The notes under the pieces: generated by a model
Seen by the model: the letters and a program-made list of their open reading frames with translations, nothing else
Told to the model about the DNA's origin: nothing
Database searches by the model: none
Shown here: in pieces, positions 47,652-57,750 of the stretch
Layout: every line of letters starts with the position of its first letter
Position numbering within the stretch: the stretch's first letter is position 1
Position numbers and translations under genes: made by a program
Assembly (NCBI GenBank): GCA_963422365.1
Contig: OY729426.1
Span: 800,001 to 864,000 of the forward strand
Source of the DNA: Nitrospirales bacterium
Lineage (GTDB): Bacteria > Nitrospirota > Nitrospiria > Nitrospirales > UBA8639
Direction: 5' to 3'
Length of the DNA: 64,000 nucleotides

Positions 47652-47696
47652 GATCTACCTCTCCTCATTTTATATTTAAGGTAAACCCTTTAAAAT

Positions 47697-47781
47697 TGGT
47701 GCCGAAGCCGGGACTCGAACCCGGATGGGTTGCCCCACACGCCCCTCAAACGTGCGTGTCTACCAGTTCCACCACTTCGGC
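47697..47781 (-). tRNA. tRNA-Leu (GAG)
   Basis: GCCGAAG/CTTCGGC acceptor stem, anticodon loop TT-GAG-GG, long variable arm, GGTTCGAGTCC, CCA. Confidence 0.97.
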
Positions 47782-47790
47782 ATGACAGAA

Positions 47791-47820
47791 ATTATAGGTA
47801 GGGGTTCAAACGGTTGTCAA
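47791..47820 (-). promoter_or_regulatory. Consensus sigma-70 promoter of tRNA-Leu
   Basis: TTGACA-N18-TATAAT on the minus strand, 9 bp from the tRNA. Confidence 0.85.
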
Positions 47821-47878
47821 TCAACGCACCCTTCGGTACAATTGATGGACTGTACCGGTGATGGTCTAAGTATGGTTC

Positions 47879-48574
47879 ATGTCTGATTCTTCTCACCACA
47901 TGCCTTCCGATGGTGCTGTCCCAAGCAACATAGCTGCATTTTTTGATGTTGATAATACGTTGATTCCCGGGCAATCGGTTGAAATTCGTTTCGTACGGTA
48001 TTTATGGAAGAATGGCTTCTTATCCAAGCGAGTGTTGATCGACAGCGCACTGTATCTACTCTGCAATATTCTCAAGGTTTCCCTGAGTCCCCTACGGGAA
48101 CGAAAGCTTTACCTGACCAATAAACGACCGGAAGGTGTCGAGCCCCTGGCGAAATGGTTTGTGCGATCGGAGATCTGTCCTCGATTGTCCCTGCAAGGAA
48201 CCGCAACCTTGGCTCAGCATCAACAGGCCGGACACCAGGTGGCCTTGGTCAGCGGGACGCCGGAGTTTCTGATCAAACCCCTGGCTCATTATTTGGATGT
48301 CCCGAATGCCCTCGCAGCACACTTGGAAACCAATGAGGATGGCTATACGGGTCTGGTCCTTCCGCCCTATCCTTATGGTGAAGGCAAACGGCGCTTACTC
48401 CAGACTTTCGCGGATCTTCATGGTGTGGATCTTGCTCAAAGCTACGCGTATGGCGATAGTCCCGGCGACATTCAGGCCTTAGAATCCGTTGGGCATCCAC
48501 TCGTGGTGAATCCCATTCGTGGGATGGCGAGGATTGCGCGTCGGCATCGGTGGCCCACGACCGTTTGGGCGTAA
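47879..48574 (+). CDS. HAD-IB family hydrolase (PSP-like)
   Basis: AFFDVDNTL, LVSGT, GEGK and YAYGDSPGD motifs. Confidence 0.9.
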   Translation: MSDSSHHMPSDGAVPSNIAAFFDVDNTLIPGQSVEIRFVRYLWKNGFLSKRVLIDSALYLLCNILKVSLSPLRERKLYLTNKRPEGVEPLAKWFVRSEICPRLSLQGTATLAQHQQAGHQVALVSGTPEFLIKPLAHYLDVPNALAAHLETNEDGYTGLVLPPYPYGEGKRRLLQTFADLHGVDLAQSYAYGDSPGDIQALESVGHPLVVNPIRGMARIARRHRWPTTVWA

Positions 48575-48688
48575 CGGCTGAAGCGAGGGCATGGAACATG
48601 TGCTGAGGCAATGACGACGCGAGTTCCCGCATCCCCGGTTATGGCCTTCCGCAGCTTTATACCCCATGATGGAGCAAGACGTCAGCGT

Positions 48689-49411
48689 ATGAAGTCTTCC
48701 TTGGTGAGACCGACCCCTCACCCTGACCCTCTCCTAGAGGGAGAAGAAAGACGATCGAACACTCCGCTGTCTTCCCTGCGAGTCACGGAAATTTTTCATA
48801 GTATTCAAGGGGAATCCACCCATGCGGGGGAACCTTGTGTCTTTGTTCGTTTAACGGGCTGTCCCCTCCGGTGCACCTGGTGCGATACGGCCTATGCGTT
48901 TTATGGCGGCACCGACATGAGTCTTGAGGCCGTGGTGGATCAGGTCAAAGGTTACGGCTGTCCGTTGGTCGAAGTCACGGGTGGGGAGCCGCTTGCCCAA
49001 TCAGCGGCGTTTGAGTTGATTGCGCGTCTATGCGAAGAACGCTTTGAGGTGTTAATCGAAACGAGTGGAGCCATTGACATCTCTCCGGTGGATTCCCGTG
49101 CAACCATCATTTTGGATGTCAAATGTCCCGGCAGTGAAATGGACGAACGGATGTGCTGGGACAATCTCCACGAGATCCGTCAAAAAGATCAGATTAAATT
49201 TATCATCAGCGACCGCCGCGATTACGATTGGGCTGTTGATGTGGTCAAGCGGTATCAACTCATGAAGAAGTGTCCCGTGTTGTTTAGTCCGGTATTCGGA
49301 GCGCAAGCACTGCGACCGTTGGCGGAATGGTTGCTTCAGGACCGATTGTCCGTGCGCTTGCAAGTTCAATTGCATAAGTTTATCTGGGACCCGGACATGC
49401 GAGGGGTCTAG
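48689..49411 (+). CDS. queE: 7-carboxy-7-deazaguanine synthase; start uncertain
   Basis: EIFHSIQGE, RLTGCPLRCTWCDT, TGGEPL, ETSG and QLHKFIW motifs. Confidence 0.92.
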   Translation: MKSSLVRPTPHPDPLLEGEERRSNTPLSSLRVTEIFHSIQGESTHAGEPCVFVRLTGCPLRCTWCDTAYAFYGGTDMSLEAVVDQVKGYGCPLVEVTGGEPLAQSAAFELIARLCEERFEVLIETSGAIDISPVDSRATIILDVKCPGSEMDERMCWDNLHEIRQKDQIKFIISDRRDYDWAVDVVKRYQLMKKCPVLFSPVFGAQALRPLAEWLLQDRLSVRLQVQLHKFIWDPDMRGV

Positions 49412-49524
49412 GGTCGTGTTCGATGATCCCCTGAGCCCTTCACCGTCGAGGAAGCCATAAGGAAGGGGCACACCAAACTGCTCAAGTCATTGTTATCTTC
49501 ATTCAGGAGAAAGAGGAGATTCGC

Positions 49525-51066
49525 ATGAAGTGTCAAGTCAAGGAGGGTCCTATCGCTCAAGAAGCCACAGATGTTCTCGTTGTCAGTGGCTATGAAGACG
49601 AGAACACGTTGTCCAAGACCCATCAAGCGTTGGATAACGCGTTGGGTGGACAACTCCAAGAGTTGAGAAATAATGGAGAGTTTTCAGGCAAGAATCAACA
49701 GTCAGTGTTGATTCATACGCGAGGGGCCCTTCCTGCCAAGCGAGTGCTTTGGCTGGGGTTGGGAAAGAAGAATAGTGTGACCTTGGATGGCGTTCGACAA
49801 GCCATGGGCACGGCGTTCAAAAAGGTTTGGCAAACCGGGGCGCAAACGTTTTCGGCCCCGGTGTTCGGAACCGATGCCTTAACGGCGTCTGCATCTGACA
49901 TTGCCCAGGTGATGGTGGAAGGAGCCCTTCTGGGACGTTACCGATTCACGCACTATCGGTCTGACAAGGAGGAACCATCAAAAGAAATTCGGACGATGAC
50001 CTTGTTGGCGAATCGTGCGAATGAAGTAAGTCGAATCAAAACGGGAGTCCGGCGAGGAGAAGCCAGTGCCAATGCCACGTCGTTCGCCCGTGATCTCTGT
50101 AACCACCCGGCCAATGTCATGACACCCTCTCGCGTGGTGCAAGAAGCACAAAACATTGCCAAAAAAGCCCTTCGCGTCACGTTGACCGTGCTCGAGCGCA
50201 AGGATCAGCAGAAATTAGGAATGGGAGGCATGCTGGGAGTTTCACGTGGAAGCCAAGAGCCACCGAAATTCATCGTGTTGGAATATTCCGGGGGAAAGAA
50301 GCAAGAACGGCCTGTGGTGCTTGTTGGGAAAACGGTGACGTTCGATTCCGGTGGTATTTCGCTGAAGCCTTCGGAGAATATGGAACAGATGAAGGCGGAC
50401 ATGACGGGTGGGGCTGAAGTGTTAGGGGCGGTACGGGCTGCGGCGCAATTGCGTCTTCCCATCAACGTCGTGGGCATTCTGCCGGCGACGGAAAATATGC
50501 CGGGCGGGCGAGCCACGAAGCCAGGGGATATCCTGCGCATGCTCAATGGCAAAACCGTGGAGGTACAAAATACCGATGCCGAAGGGCGGTTGATTTTGGC
50601 TGATGGGCTGGCCTATGCCGCCCAACTTAACCCCCAATGTATCGTCGATATTGCCACGTTAACGGGTGCGTGTATTGTGGCTCTGGGTCAGTTTGCGATC
50701 GGGATGCTCGGGAACGATGATGCGCTCAAGGCCGACTTAAGCAAAGCGGGGGAGCAAGCCGGTGAACGCGTGTGGGAGATGCCGCTCTGGGAAGAATATT
50801 TTGAACAACTCAAAAGTGACGTGGCTGACATGCGCAATATCGGTGGCCGTGGGGGTGGTATGATTACGGCTGGCATGTTTTTGAGTAAGTTTGTCGGCGA
50901 TTGCCCCTGGGTGCATCTCGACATTGCCAGCACCGATTGGAGCACGTCAGAGCGTCCGTATATCAGTAAAGGGCCGACGGCCATTGGGACGCGATTGTTG
51001 GTGCAATGGTTAATCAATCGCTCGGGTAAGCGGGCATTGCTCAACAGTCCCAACCAAGGAAAGTGA
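49525..51066 (+). CDS. pepA: Leucyl aminopeptidase (M17)
   Basis: VGKTVTFDSGGISLK, MKADM, NTDAEGRLILAD, DIATLTG and HLDIA motifs. Confidence 0.97.
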   Translation: MKCQVKEGPIAQEATDVLVVSGYEDENTLSKTHQALDNALGGQLQELRNNGEFSGKNQQSVLIHTRGALPAKRVLWLGLGKKNSVTLDGVRQAMGTAFKKVWQTGAQTFSAPVFGTDALTASASDIAQVMVEGALLGRYRFTHYRSDKEEPSKEIRTMTLLANRANEVSRIKTGVRRGEASANATSFARDLCNHPANVMTPSRVVQEAQNIAKKALRVTLTVLERKDQQKLGMGGMLGVSRGSQEPPKFIVLEYSGGKKQERPVVLVGKTVTFDSGGISLKPSENMEQMKADMTGGAEVLGAVRAAAQLRLPINVVGILPATENMPGGRATKPGDILRMLNGKTVEVQNTDAEGRLILADGLAYAAQLNPQCIVDIATLTGACIVALGQFAIGMLGNDDALKADLSKAGEQAGERVWEMPLWEEYFEQLKSDVADMRNIGGRGGGMITAGMFLSKFVGDCPWVHLDIASTDWSTSERPYISKGPTAIGTRLLVQWLINRSGKRALLNSPNQGK

Positions 51067-51073
51067 GTCCTCC

Positions 51074-52159
51074 ATGACGGTTCGCGATACCGTCGGGCAG
51101 CTCTTGATGGTTGGGTTCCACGGGACGGAACTCTCTCACGCCTTGCTCGATTGGCTTCAGGAGTATCGACTAGGTGGAGTCATTCTCTTTTCGCGCAACA
51201 TCGTGGCCCCCGAACAAGTGGCGCGACTGACCAATGCCCTGCAAGCCCATGCGCCGAACCCTCCTCTGTTGATTGCGATCGATGAAGAGGGTGGTCGCGT
51301 TTCTCGCCTCCCTCAGGGCTTTACGATGTTTCCTGCCGCTTCAAGGATTGCGGCCTGCCAATCTCCTGATGTGGCATATGCCGTTGCGGAGGTGACGGCC
51401 AAAGAACTGCTGGCGGTCGGGATCAACATGAACCTGGCTCCGGTCTTGGATGTGAACAGCAATCCCGCCAATCCCATTATCGGCGATCGTGCGTATGGGA
51501 CGAAACCTGAACAGGTCTGCACCTATGGCTTGGCCATGATGCAGGGGCTTGAGGGCAATGGAATCATTCCTTGCGGCAAGCATTTTCCTGGGCATGGCGA
51601 CACCATGACGGATTCACACGACGTTCTGCCCGTGGTGGATGCTGACCGAGTCCGACTCGACAACATTGAACTGGAACCCTTTCGACAGACGATCCGGCAG
51701 GGGCTGCCTGCGATCATGACCGCGCATGTGTGCTACCCAGTACTTGATACAGAAGCTCCGGCGACTCTATCCCGACCCATCCTCACCGATCTGTTGCGGA
51801 ATGAGTTAGGTTTTCAAGGTGTCACGCTCACCGATGATATGGAAATGCGAGCCATTCTCGACCATCAGACGATCGGGGACGCATCGGTTCGAGCGTTGCA
51901 GGCCGGTGCCGACATGGTGCTTCTTTGTCATCAGCAAGAACGGCAACGAGAGGCCGTGGGAGCCATTGAACACGCGCTTGAACAAGGTGAGCTTTCTTGG
52001 GAAAGGCTCACGGCCAGCGTTGCTCGCATACAGGCCTTGAAACAGAAACATCTTGCTCCGTTCCAACCCGTCGATCCGTCACGGGTCACGCAAACCGTTG
52101 GTCATTCCCGGCACAAAGCCTTGTTAGCGAAGATTCAAAGCGTCGCGGCACGCCTGTAG
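51074..52159 (+). CDS. nagZ: Beta-N-acetylhexosaminidase (GH3)
   Basis: IDEEGGRVSR, KHFPGHGDT..DSH and TDDMEM motifs. Confidence 0.93.
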   Translation: MTVRDTVGQLLMVGFHGTELSHALLDWLQEYRLGGVILFSRNIVAPEQVARLTNALQAHAPNPPLLIAIDEEGGRVSRLPQGFTMFPAASRIAACQSPDVAYAVAEVTAKELLAVGINMNLAPVLDVNSNPANPIIGDRAYGTKPEQVCTYGLAMMQGLEGNGIIPCGKHFPGHGDTMTDSHDVLPVVDADRVRLDNIELEPFRQTIRQGLPAIMTAHVCYPVLDTEAPATLSRPILTDLLRNELGFQGVTLTDDMEMRAILDHQTIGDASVRALQAGADMVLLCHQQERQREAVGAIEHALEQGELSWERLTASVARIQALKQKHLAPFQPVDPSRVTQTVGHSRHKALLAKIQSVAARL

Positions 52160-52300
52160 TGTCCTCTTTTCTCAAGACCTGCGTGTTTCTCAGGCCCGAT
52201 CTTCCCAAGGCTGGACTTTTCCGCCTCAAATTTGGTTAGCTAGCTTCACGGCGTTGGATCGTCCTGACGGACAGACGATATTATTTTTTCGGAGGAGAGC

Positions 52301-52687
52301 ATGGGGTTAAAAAAGGGAGACATTATTGATGAGCACAAACACCACCCGGATAGTTGTGGCTTGATGATCAAAGTCATGGCCGGTGGCGCGGGATTTGAAA
52401 AAGTCATTTGCTGCGGACATGAATTGACGGAAGAAGATGTGACCCCTACGTTTTCACGCGGCAGAGGACGAAAGCGTGGGAAACTCCCGCCTGCAGTGCT
52501 TCTGGATGAAAAAAAGCTGCACCCCGATTCCTGTGGGCTCCGCGTCATGATTATGGACGGGGGGGGAGGGTTTCAGGAAATCAGGTGTTGTGGCCATTCT
52601 CTTAGGCTCAATGCGATGAAAGAATTTCAATACGGCGAAGAACAACGAGGAGCCTTACCCGAAACAGGGCCAGCGGGTCACGCCTAA
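52301..52687 (+). CDS. Protein with two desulforedoxin-like metal-binding repeats
   Basis: HPDSCGL.I/V..M.GG.GF....CCGH twice; GGAGGAG RBS. Confidence 0.75.
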   Translation: MGLKKGDIIDEHKHHPDSCGLMIKVMAGGAGFEKVICCGHELTEEDVTPTFSRGRGRKRGKLPPAVLLDEKKLHPDSCGLRVMIMDGGGGFQEIRCCGHSLRLNAMKEFQYGEEQRGALPETGPAGHA

Positions 52688-52772
52688 AGGCTATGGCTGA
52701 AGACCCCCATGACCATCAAGTTGGTCTTGCGTCACGAAACAGGGTGTGGCACTATGACCTCTTTGGCCTGCC

Positions 52773-53351
52773 ATGAGTTCACTTCCTGAATTTGTCGGTA
52801 CGATTCATATTTTTTTCGGGCCCTATCGTGGCAACCCTATGGGGTTGTATCTTCGAAAAGAAGGCGACTCCTGCTCGATCTCTCCGACTATTTATCCTTG
52901 GGATCGATTTGTGGGTGTGGGCGAAACCGTGAATAAAGCGGCAGCGGATTTTGATGCCAAATGGAAAGCAAGCGATTTAGCCACCGAGATGTACTCAGGG
53001 CCGCATTGGGAAGGTGGCATTAAACCAGAAAAGCCCAAACCCACTCCGAAACCACCGGCTGCGGCTAAACCTGAAGCGGCAAAACCAGAAACACCCCGAA
53101 CTGAATCCCCCGAGGCCTCAGATCTTCCGAAAACGGATACCGCGGCTGTGGCGGCATCACCAACGACGGTCGGGGATTCAGCATCCCCCAGTTCAGCGAC
53201 AACGCCAAGTCCCGATACCGCACCTTCCCAAACTATGCCTTCTGGAACGGACGATTCATCTCCTTCAGCGCCTCAAGAAGGCACAAATCCGCCAGCGGTC
53301 GACGATTCGACCGCATCCGCCGACCCATCTACAGGGTCTCCCTCTGCCTAA
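52773..53351 (+). CDS. Hypothetical protein with a Pro/Ala/Ser/Thr-rich tail
   Basis: About 85-aa globular N-terminus followed by a low-complexity C-terminus. Confidence 0.65.
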   Translation: MSSLPEFVGTIHIFFGPYRGNPMGLYLRKEGDSCSISPTIYPWDRFVGVGETVNKAAADFDAKWKASDLATEMYSGPHWEGGIKPEKPKPTPKPPAAAKPEAAKPETPRTESPEASDLPKTDTAAVAASPTTVGDSASPSSATTPSPDTAPSQTMPSGTDDSSPSAPQEGTNPPAVDDSTASADPSTGSPSA

Positions 53352-53445
53352 ATGCTCATCAAATAGGAAAGGGTGCGACCAAAGAAAAAATCAGGGGGAG
53401 GTGCCGGGGGCCGGTTTGGCTCACCCCGACACCTCAGGAGGAAGG

Positions 53446-53712
53446 TTAAAACCAGAAACGGAAATTGGTTTGAAAGAGATTTTCCTTATAGCCTTCGTTA
53501 TCTGCCCCCTCGGTTATGTCCGCATACACATATTCGAGGTTCAGTTTGACGTTGGTAACGAAGTGGTATTGCAGTGAGGCGACAACCTGGGACTCAGATG
53601 CGGGACGGTCGTCAGTGTCATGCCAGTCGTATCGAGCAATGCCCAGCAACTTGGGCGAAAATTCATAAGAGGCTTCGACCGTCCCGCTTGTGGCTTTGTA
53701 ATCGTCTATTTC
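53446..53712 (-). pseudogene. C-terminal fragment of an outer-membrane beta-barrel (porin-like)
   Basis: IDDYKATSGTVEASYEFSPKLLGIARYDW...LQYHFVTNVKLNLEY...FQTNFRFWF*; amphipathic strands, terminal Phe, downstream hairpin with T-run; no credible 5' part. Confidence 0.7.
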
Positions 53713-56700
53713 ACCGAAGCCAGTGGTGCCGGGCGCACCGCCACCTACACCGTGGGGCTCACGGCCCAGCCGAGTAGCGCCGTCACCATCACCCCGACCA
53801 GCGGCGAGCCTGGCGTGGCCACCATCACCCCCTCATCCATCACCATCACCCCCGCCACCTGGGACACGGCCCAGGCCGTCACCGTCACCGGGGTGGATGA
53901 CCGCGTTGATGCGGATCGCCGGACGACCATTACCCATACCGTCACCGGGGGGGGCTATGACGCGGTACGTATCCCCGACGTGGCCGTCACGCTGACGGAT
54001 GACGACACGGTGGAGGCATTGCTCTTCGGCTTTGCCGGGGACACCCTGACCGTCACCGAGGCCGACGGCTCGATGCACCGCACCTACTACCAAATCGTCC
54101 TGCAAAGCCAGCCGACCGGCGCCGTCACCATCATTCCCACCAGCGGGAAGACCGGCGTAGCCACCGTCACCCCTTCATCCATCACCTTCACCGCTGATAC
54201 CTGGGCCGAGCCACAGAGCCTCGCGGTCACCGGCGTGGACGACCACGTTGATGGGGGAGACCGACGCACCACCATCACCCATACCGTCTCTGGGGGCGGC
54301 TACGACGCGGTGCGCATTCCCGACGTGGCCGTCACGCTGACGGATGACGACGTGGCCGGCATCACCGTCACCGAGACGGATGGCCACACCGTGACCACCG
54401 AAGGGGGGAGTCGCGACAGCGTCAGCGTGGTGTTAGACAGCCAGCCCACGGCCGAGGTCACCCTCACCGTCTCGAGTTCCGACGTGAGTGAAGGCACTGT
54501 TGACACGAGCCGCCTGGTCTTCACCCCCCACAACTGGGCCACCGCGCAGGTGATCACGGTCACCGGGGTGGATGACCGGTTGGATGATGGCGAGCAGTCG
54601 TACAAGATCGAACTGGGTATCGCAGCCAGTCGCGACAGCCACTACAATGGGCTCAAGCCTGATGATGTGGTGGTCACCTCGACGGGCGCGTTCTTCGTTG
54701 CACTCACCGGGGTTGTCCTGGGCACGACCAAGATAGAGGGCTACACCATCACCACACAGGTAGACGGGGCGGGGGTGCAGTTGACGCTGCCGGCCGGGGT
54801 GACCTTTGGGGCCGAGCCGGCCTCCCTGGAGATCCGGCTGGACGCGCCGCTCGCCTCAGCGGCCACGGTCTGTCTGCAGCAGCCCGCCGGGCTGTCGGGG
54901 ACGCTGTTTGTGTATCATCTTGCCGATAAGGCCCAGACGTGGGAGAAACTGTCGCCCGCAGCGGCGCCCCGCGGGTATGTCTGCGGCGAAACAGGCAGCT
55001 TTTCGGTGTTTGTCGTGGGGTCGCCCCTGCCGGGTTTCGGGGCAGCCTCGATTGAGGAGTACAGCTGGACGGTTGGCGAGGCCGTTGACGTGCGGCTGCC
55101 GGCAGCCACGGGGGGAGACGGGCCGATCACCTACCGGCTGAGTCCGGCTCTCCCGGCGGGGCTCAGTTTTGAGGCAAAGGCGCGCACCATCACCGGCACG
55201 CCCACGGAGGCGGTGGCGAAGACGCGGTTCACCGACACGGCCACAGACACCGACGGCCAGACGGGGCAGTTGCACTTCAGGGTGACGGTGCAGGCTGCTG
55301 AGGTGAGGCACCGTTCCCGGGCGCTCACGGTGGCCCTCGCGGCGTTCGGGCGGACGGCCGCCACCGAGGCGGTAGACGTAATCGGGCGCCGGTTTGAGGC
55401 GGCGCCGGTCACGACGCCGGCGGTCACGGTGGGGGGCACGGCAGTCCCCGCCCTGGACGTCCGGTCCGTAGCGGGGGTGTTGGGCGGGGTGCTGGGCCTG
55501 ACGGGAGCGAGCCGGGACTCGGCCGGCCGAGGCCGAGCGGCCGAGGGCCGGGTGGCCCCGAGCCGGTCCCCGCGGCTTGCGGCCACGGACGTGTTTGCGC
55601 GCAGCGAGTTTGCCGTGCCGTTGACCGGGACGAACGAGGGTGAATTGACAACGGGCTGGACCTTCTGGGGCACGGGGGCAGCCAGCGGCTTTTCCAGTCA
55701 GCTCCTGGAGACCGACGGGGCGGTCTACACGGGCTACGTAGGACTGGACTACCGGTTCGGGCAGAAGGGGCTAGCGGGCGTCGCGGTGTCGCACAGCGTG
55801 GGGGGCCTGGACTACGAGGTCGCGGGGGACTTTCTCCTGGTCAGCGGCGAGCGAGGGGGCATCCGGGGCGAGGTAGACCTAGCCATGACCAGCGTGCTGC
55901 CCTATGTCCACTACACGCCGTCTCCGGGGCTTGGGCTGTGGGGCCTCGCGGGCGCGGGCGTAGGGGAGCTGGAGGTGCAAGACGCCGCCGGGCGCGTGGA
56001 GACGGACGTTCAGTTGCTGCTGGCCGCGGTAGGCGGGCGGCAGGCGCTGACCACGTGGCACGGGATCGAGGTGGCGGTAAAATCCGATGCGTTTGCCGTG
56101 CGGGTGAAAGCGGACGAAGCCGCGGGGCTGGCGGCGGTGACCGGGGTGGCGCACCGGGCGCGGGTGGCGCTGGCGATGAAGACGGACGTCGCCCTGTCAC
56201 CAGAGTCGGCCCTGCAGCCCAGTGTGGAGCTGGGGGGGCGCTGGGACAACGGCGACGCCGAGACGGGGATGGGAGCAGAGCTCAGCGGCGGGGTCGAGTA
56301 TCAGCAGAGGTGGTGGGGGGTGAGTCTCGCGGCTCGCGGCCGGTATCTGCTGGCGCATCAGGCAACGGACTTTGAGGCTTGGGGCGGCAGTCTCGCCGTG
56401 AAAGTAGGAGAGGGGCTGGGGGGGCAGGGGCTGTGGGTGGCGTTCGAGCCGACGTGGGGCACCCCGGCCAGTGGCGTGGAGCAGTTGTGGGGCCGTGAGG
56501 CCGGGCCGGCCGGCAACGGGGCGCCCGCGGGCGGGGCCGTGGGCCGGCTGACGGCGGACGTTGGCTATGGGCTGGCCCTGCGCCAGCCCGGGTGGCTGGT
56601 GACGCCCTACGGGGGCGTCGCCACCGGGCCGGCCACCAGCCGGTATCGGCTGGGCGGCCACCTCCAGGTCCACGAGACCATGGCCCTCAGCCTCGAGGGG

Positions 56701-56769
56701 ATGCGGCAAACCACCCCTGACAGCGCCACTGAGCACGGCATCGTGTTCTCCTGGACGGTGGGCTTGTAG
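53711..56769 (+). CDS. 5'-truncated autotransporter-like surface protein (three Calx-beta-like repeats, putative Ig domain, C-terminal beta-barrel), high GC
   Basis: Repeats L.SQP...VT.T.......T.T..TW...Q.V.VTGVDD; LPAATGGDGPITYRLSPALPAGLSF....RTITGTP; barrel with GYVGLDY, GGRWDNGDAETGMG, LVTPYGG; no signal peptide. Confidence 0.8.
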
Positions 56770-57099
56770 GGAGGAAGGGGCCTCGGCCATCCCCCCCCCA
56801 CTGTAAGAGGTCGGCATCCAGCGAGCAGGGCGCCCCGGCTTTTCAGGCAGGGCTGGATCTGACACAGGGGGGGGAATGCTCGAAACGTGCCGGTCTCTAT
56901 TCCCTGGAATGAGCGTAGCGGTCGGCGCTCTAGCAGAATGGGACAGAAGACACAATGGGATTACGCGTGCAAGCCACAAGATACCCTTTCCGCTAAGCGC
57001 CGGTCCTTGACTTTTTGAAGGCAGGATTTATCTGAAAACATGGAAGCGCTTCAAGAGAAACAGAAAACTCTAACGGTTACAGACAAAAGGAGGTGCACC

Positions 57100-57540
57100 A
57101 TGCTGGTCAAATGGAATCCGTTTCAAGAAATCGAGCGAACATTAGAGTGGTGGGGAACTCAGCCGTTTCGATGTCCGCAGTGGGATAATCCGCAGGCGTC
57201 AACAGTCAATTGGGTCCCACAGGTGAATGTCTATGAAGATACAGAAAACTTGTTTGTGGAAGCACAATTGCCGGGTATTGACATGAACGATGTGAAAATA
57301 TCTGTGACTGACCACACATTACACCTTCACGGAGAACGAAAAGAAGAACGTGAAGAGAGCCAAGAGAACTATCATGTCCGTGAAGCGCAGTATGGGGTTT
57401 TCGCTCGGAACTTCCGTCTTCCTCACTACGTGAAAACGGATCAGGCGGTGGCACGGTATGACAAAGGCGTGTTGACCGTGCAGGTTCCCAAGCTAGGAGA
57501 AACCAAGTCGAAATCGATTCCGATCGACGTCAAGGGATGA
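57100..57540 (+). CDS. Hsp20/alpha-crystallin small heat shock protein
   Basis: KWNPF, WVPQVNVYED, LPGI, YGVFARNFRLP and GVLTVQVPK motifs; AGGAGG RBS before ATG 57100. Confidence 0.95.
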   Translation: MLVKWNPFQEIERTLEWWGTQPFRCPQWDNPQASTVNWVPQVNVYEDTENLFVEAQLPGIDMNDVKISVTDHTLHLHGERKEEREESQENYHVREAQYGVFARNFRLPHYVKTDQAVARYDKGVLTVQVPKLGETKSKSIPIDVKG

Positions 57541-57565
57541 TCGTCACCCAATGAACGCGTTGACG

Positions 57566-57617
57566 GTGCCGGGGCGAGGGTTGGGTTTCTGAAAGAACCC
57601 AACCCTCGCCCCGGCAC
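57566..57617. terminator. Perfect 22-bp GC-rich hairpin after hsp20
   Basis: GTGCCGGGGCGAGGGTTGGGTT-N8-AACCCAACCCTCGCCCCGGCAC; no clear T-tract. Confidence 0.6.
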
Positions 57618-57750
57618 GTTCGGGTTTGACCGTGACCATCCGGCATTGGATCGTGCTCTCATTCTTTCTTCCTTACGATCTGTTTGTAAAAAATGTGTTC
57701 CTCGTTTAATCTGCCTCCCCTGACCGTGGCCTTCCCGTGAGGCCAATTCC

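Noticed and set aside
53620..53710. N-terminus of the 1049-aa track ORF
   Set aside because: Antisense of a porin fragment; no signal peptide and different composition
56197..56979. 260-aa minus-strand ORF at the end of the autotransporter
   Set aside because: Pro/Arg-rich antisense reading of GC-rich DNA with no family motifs
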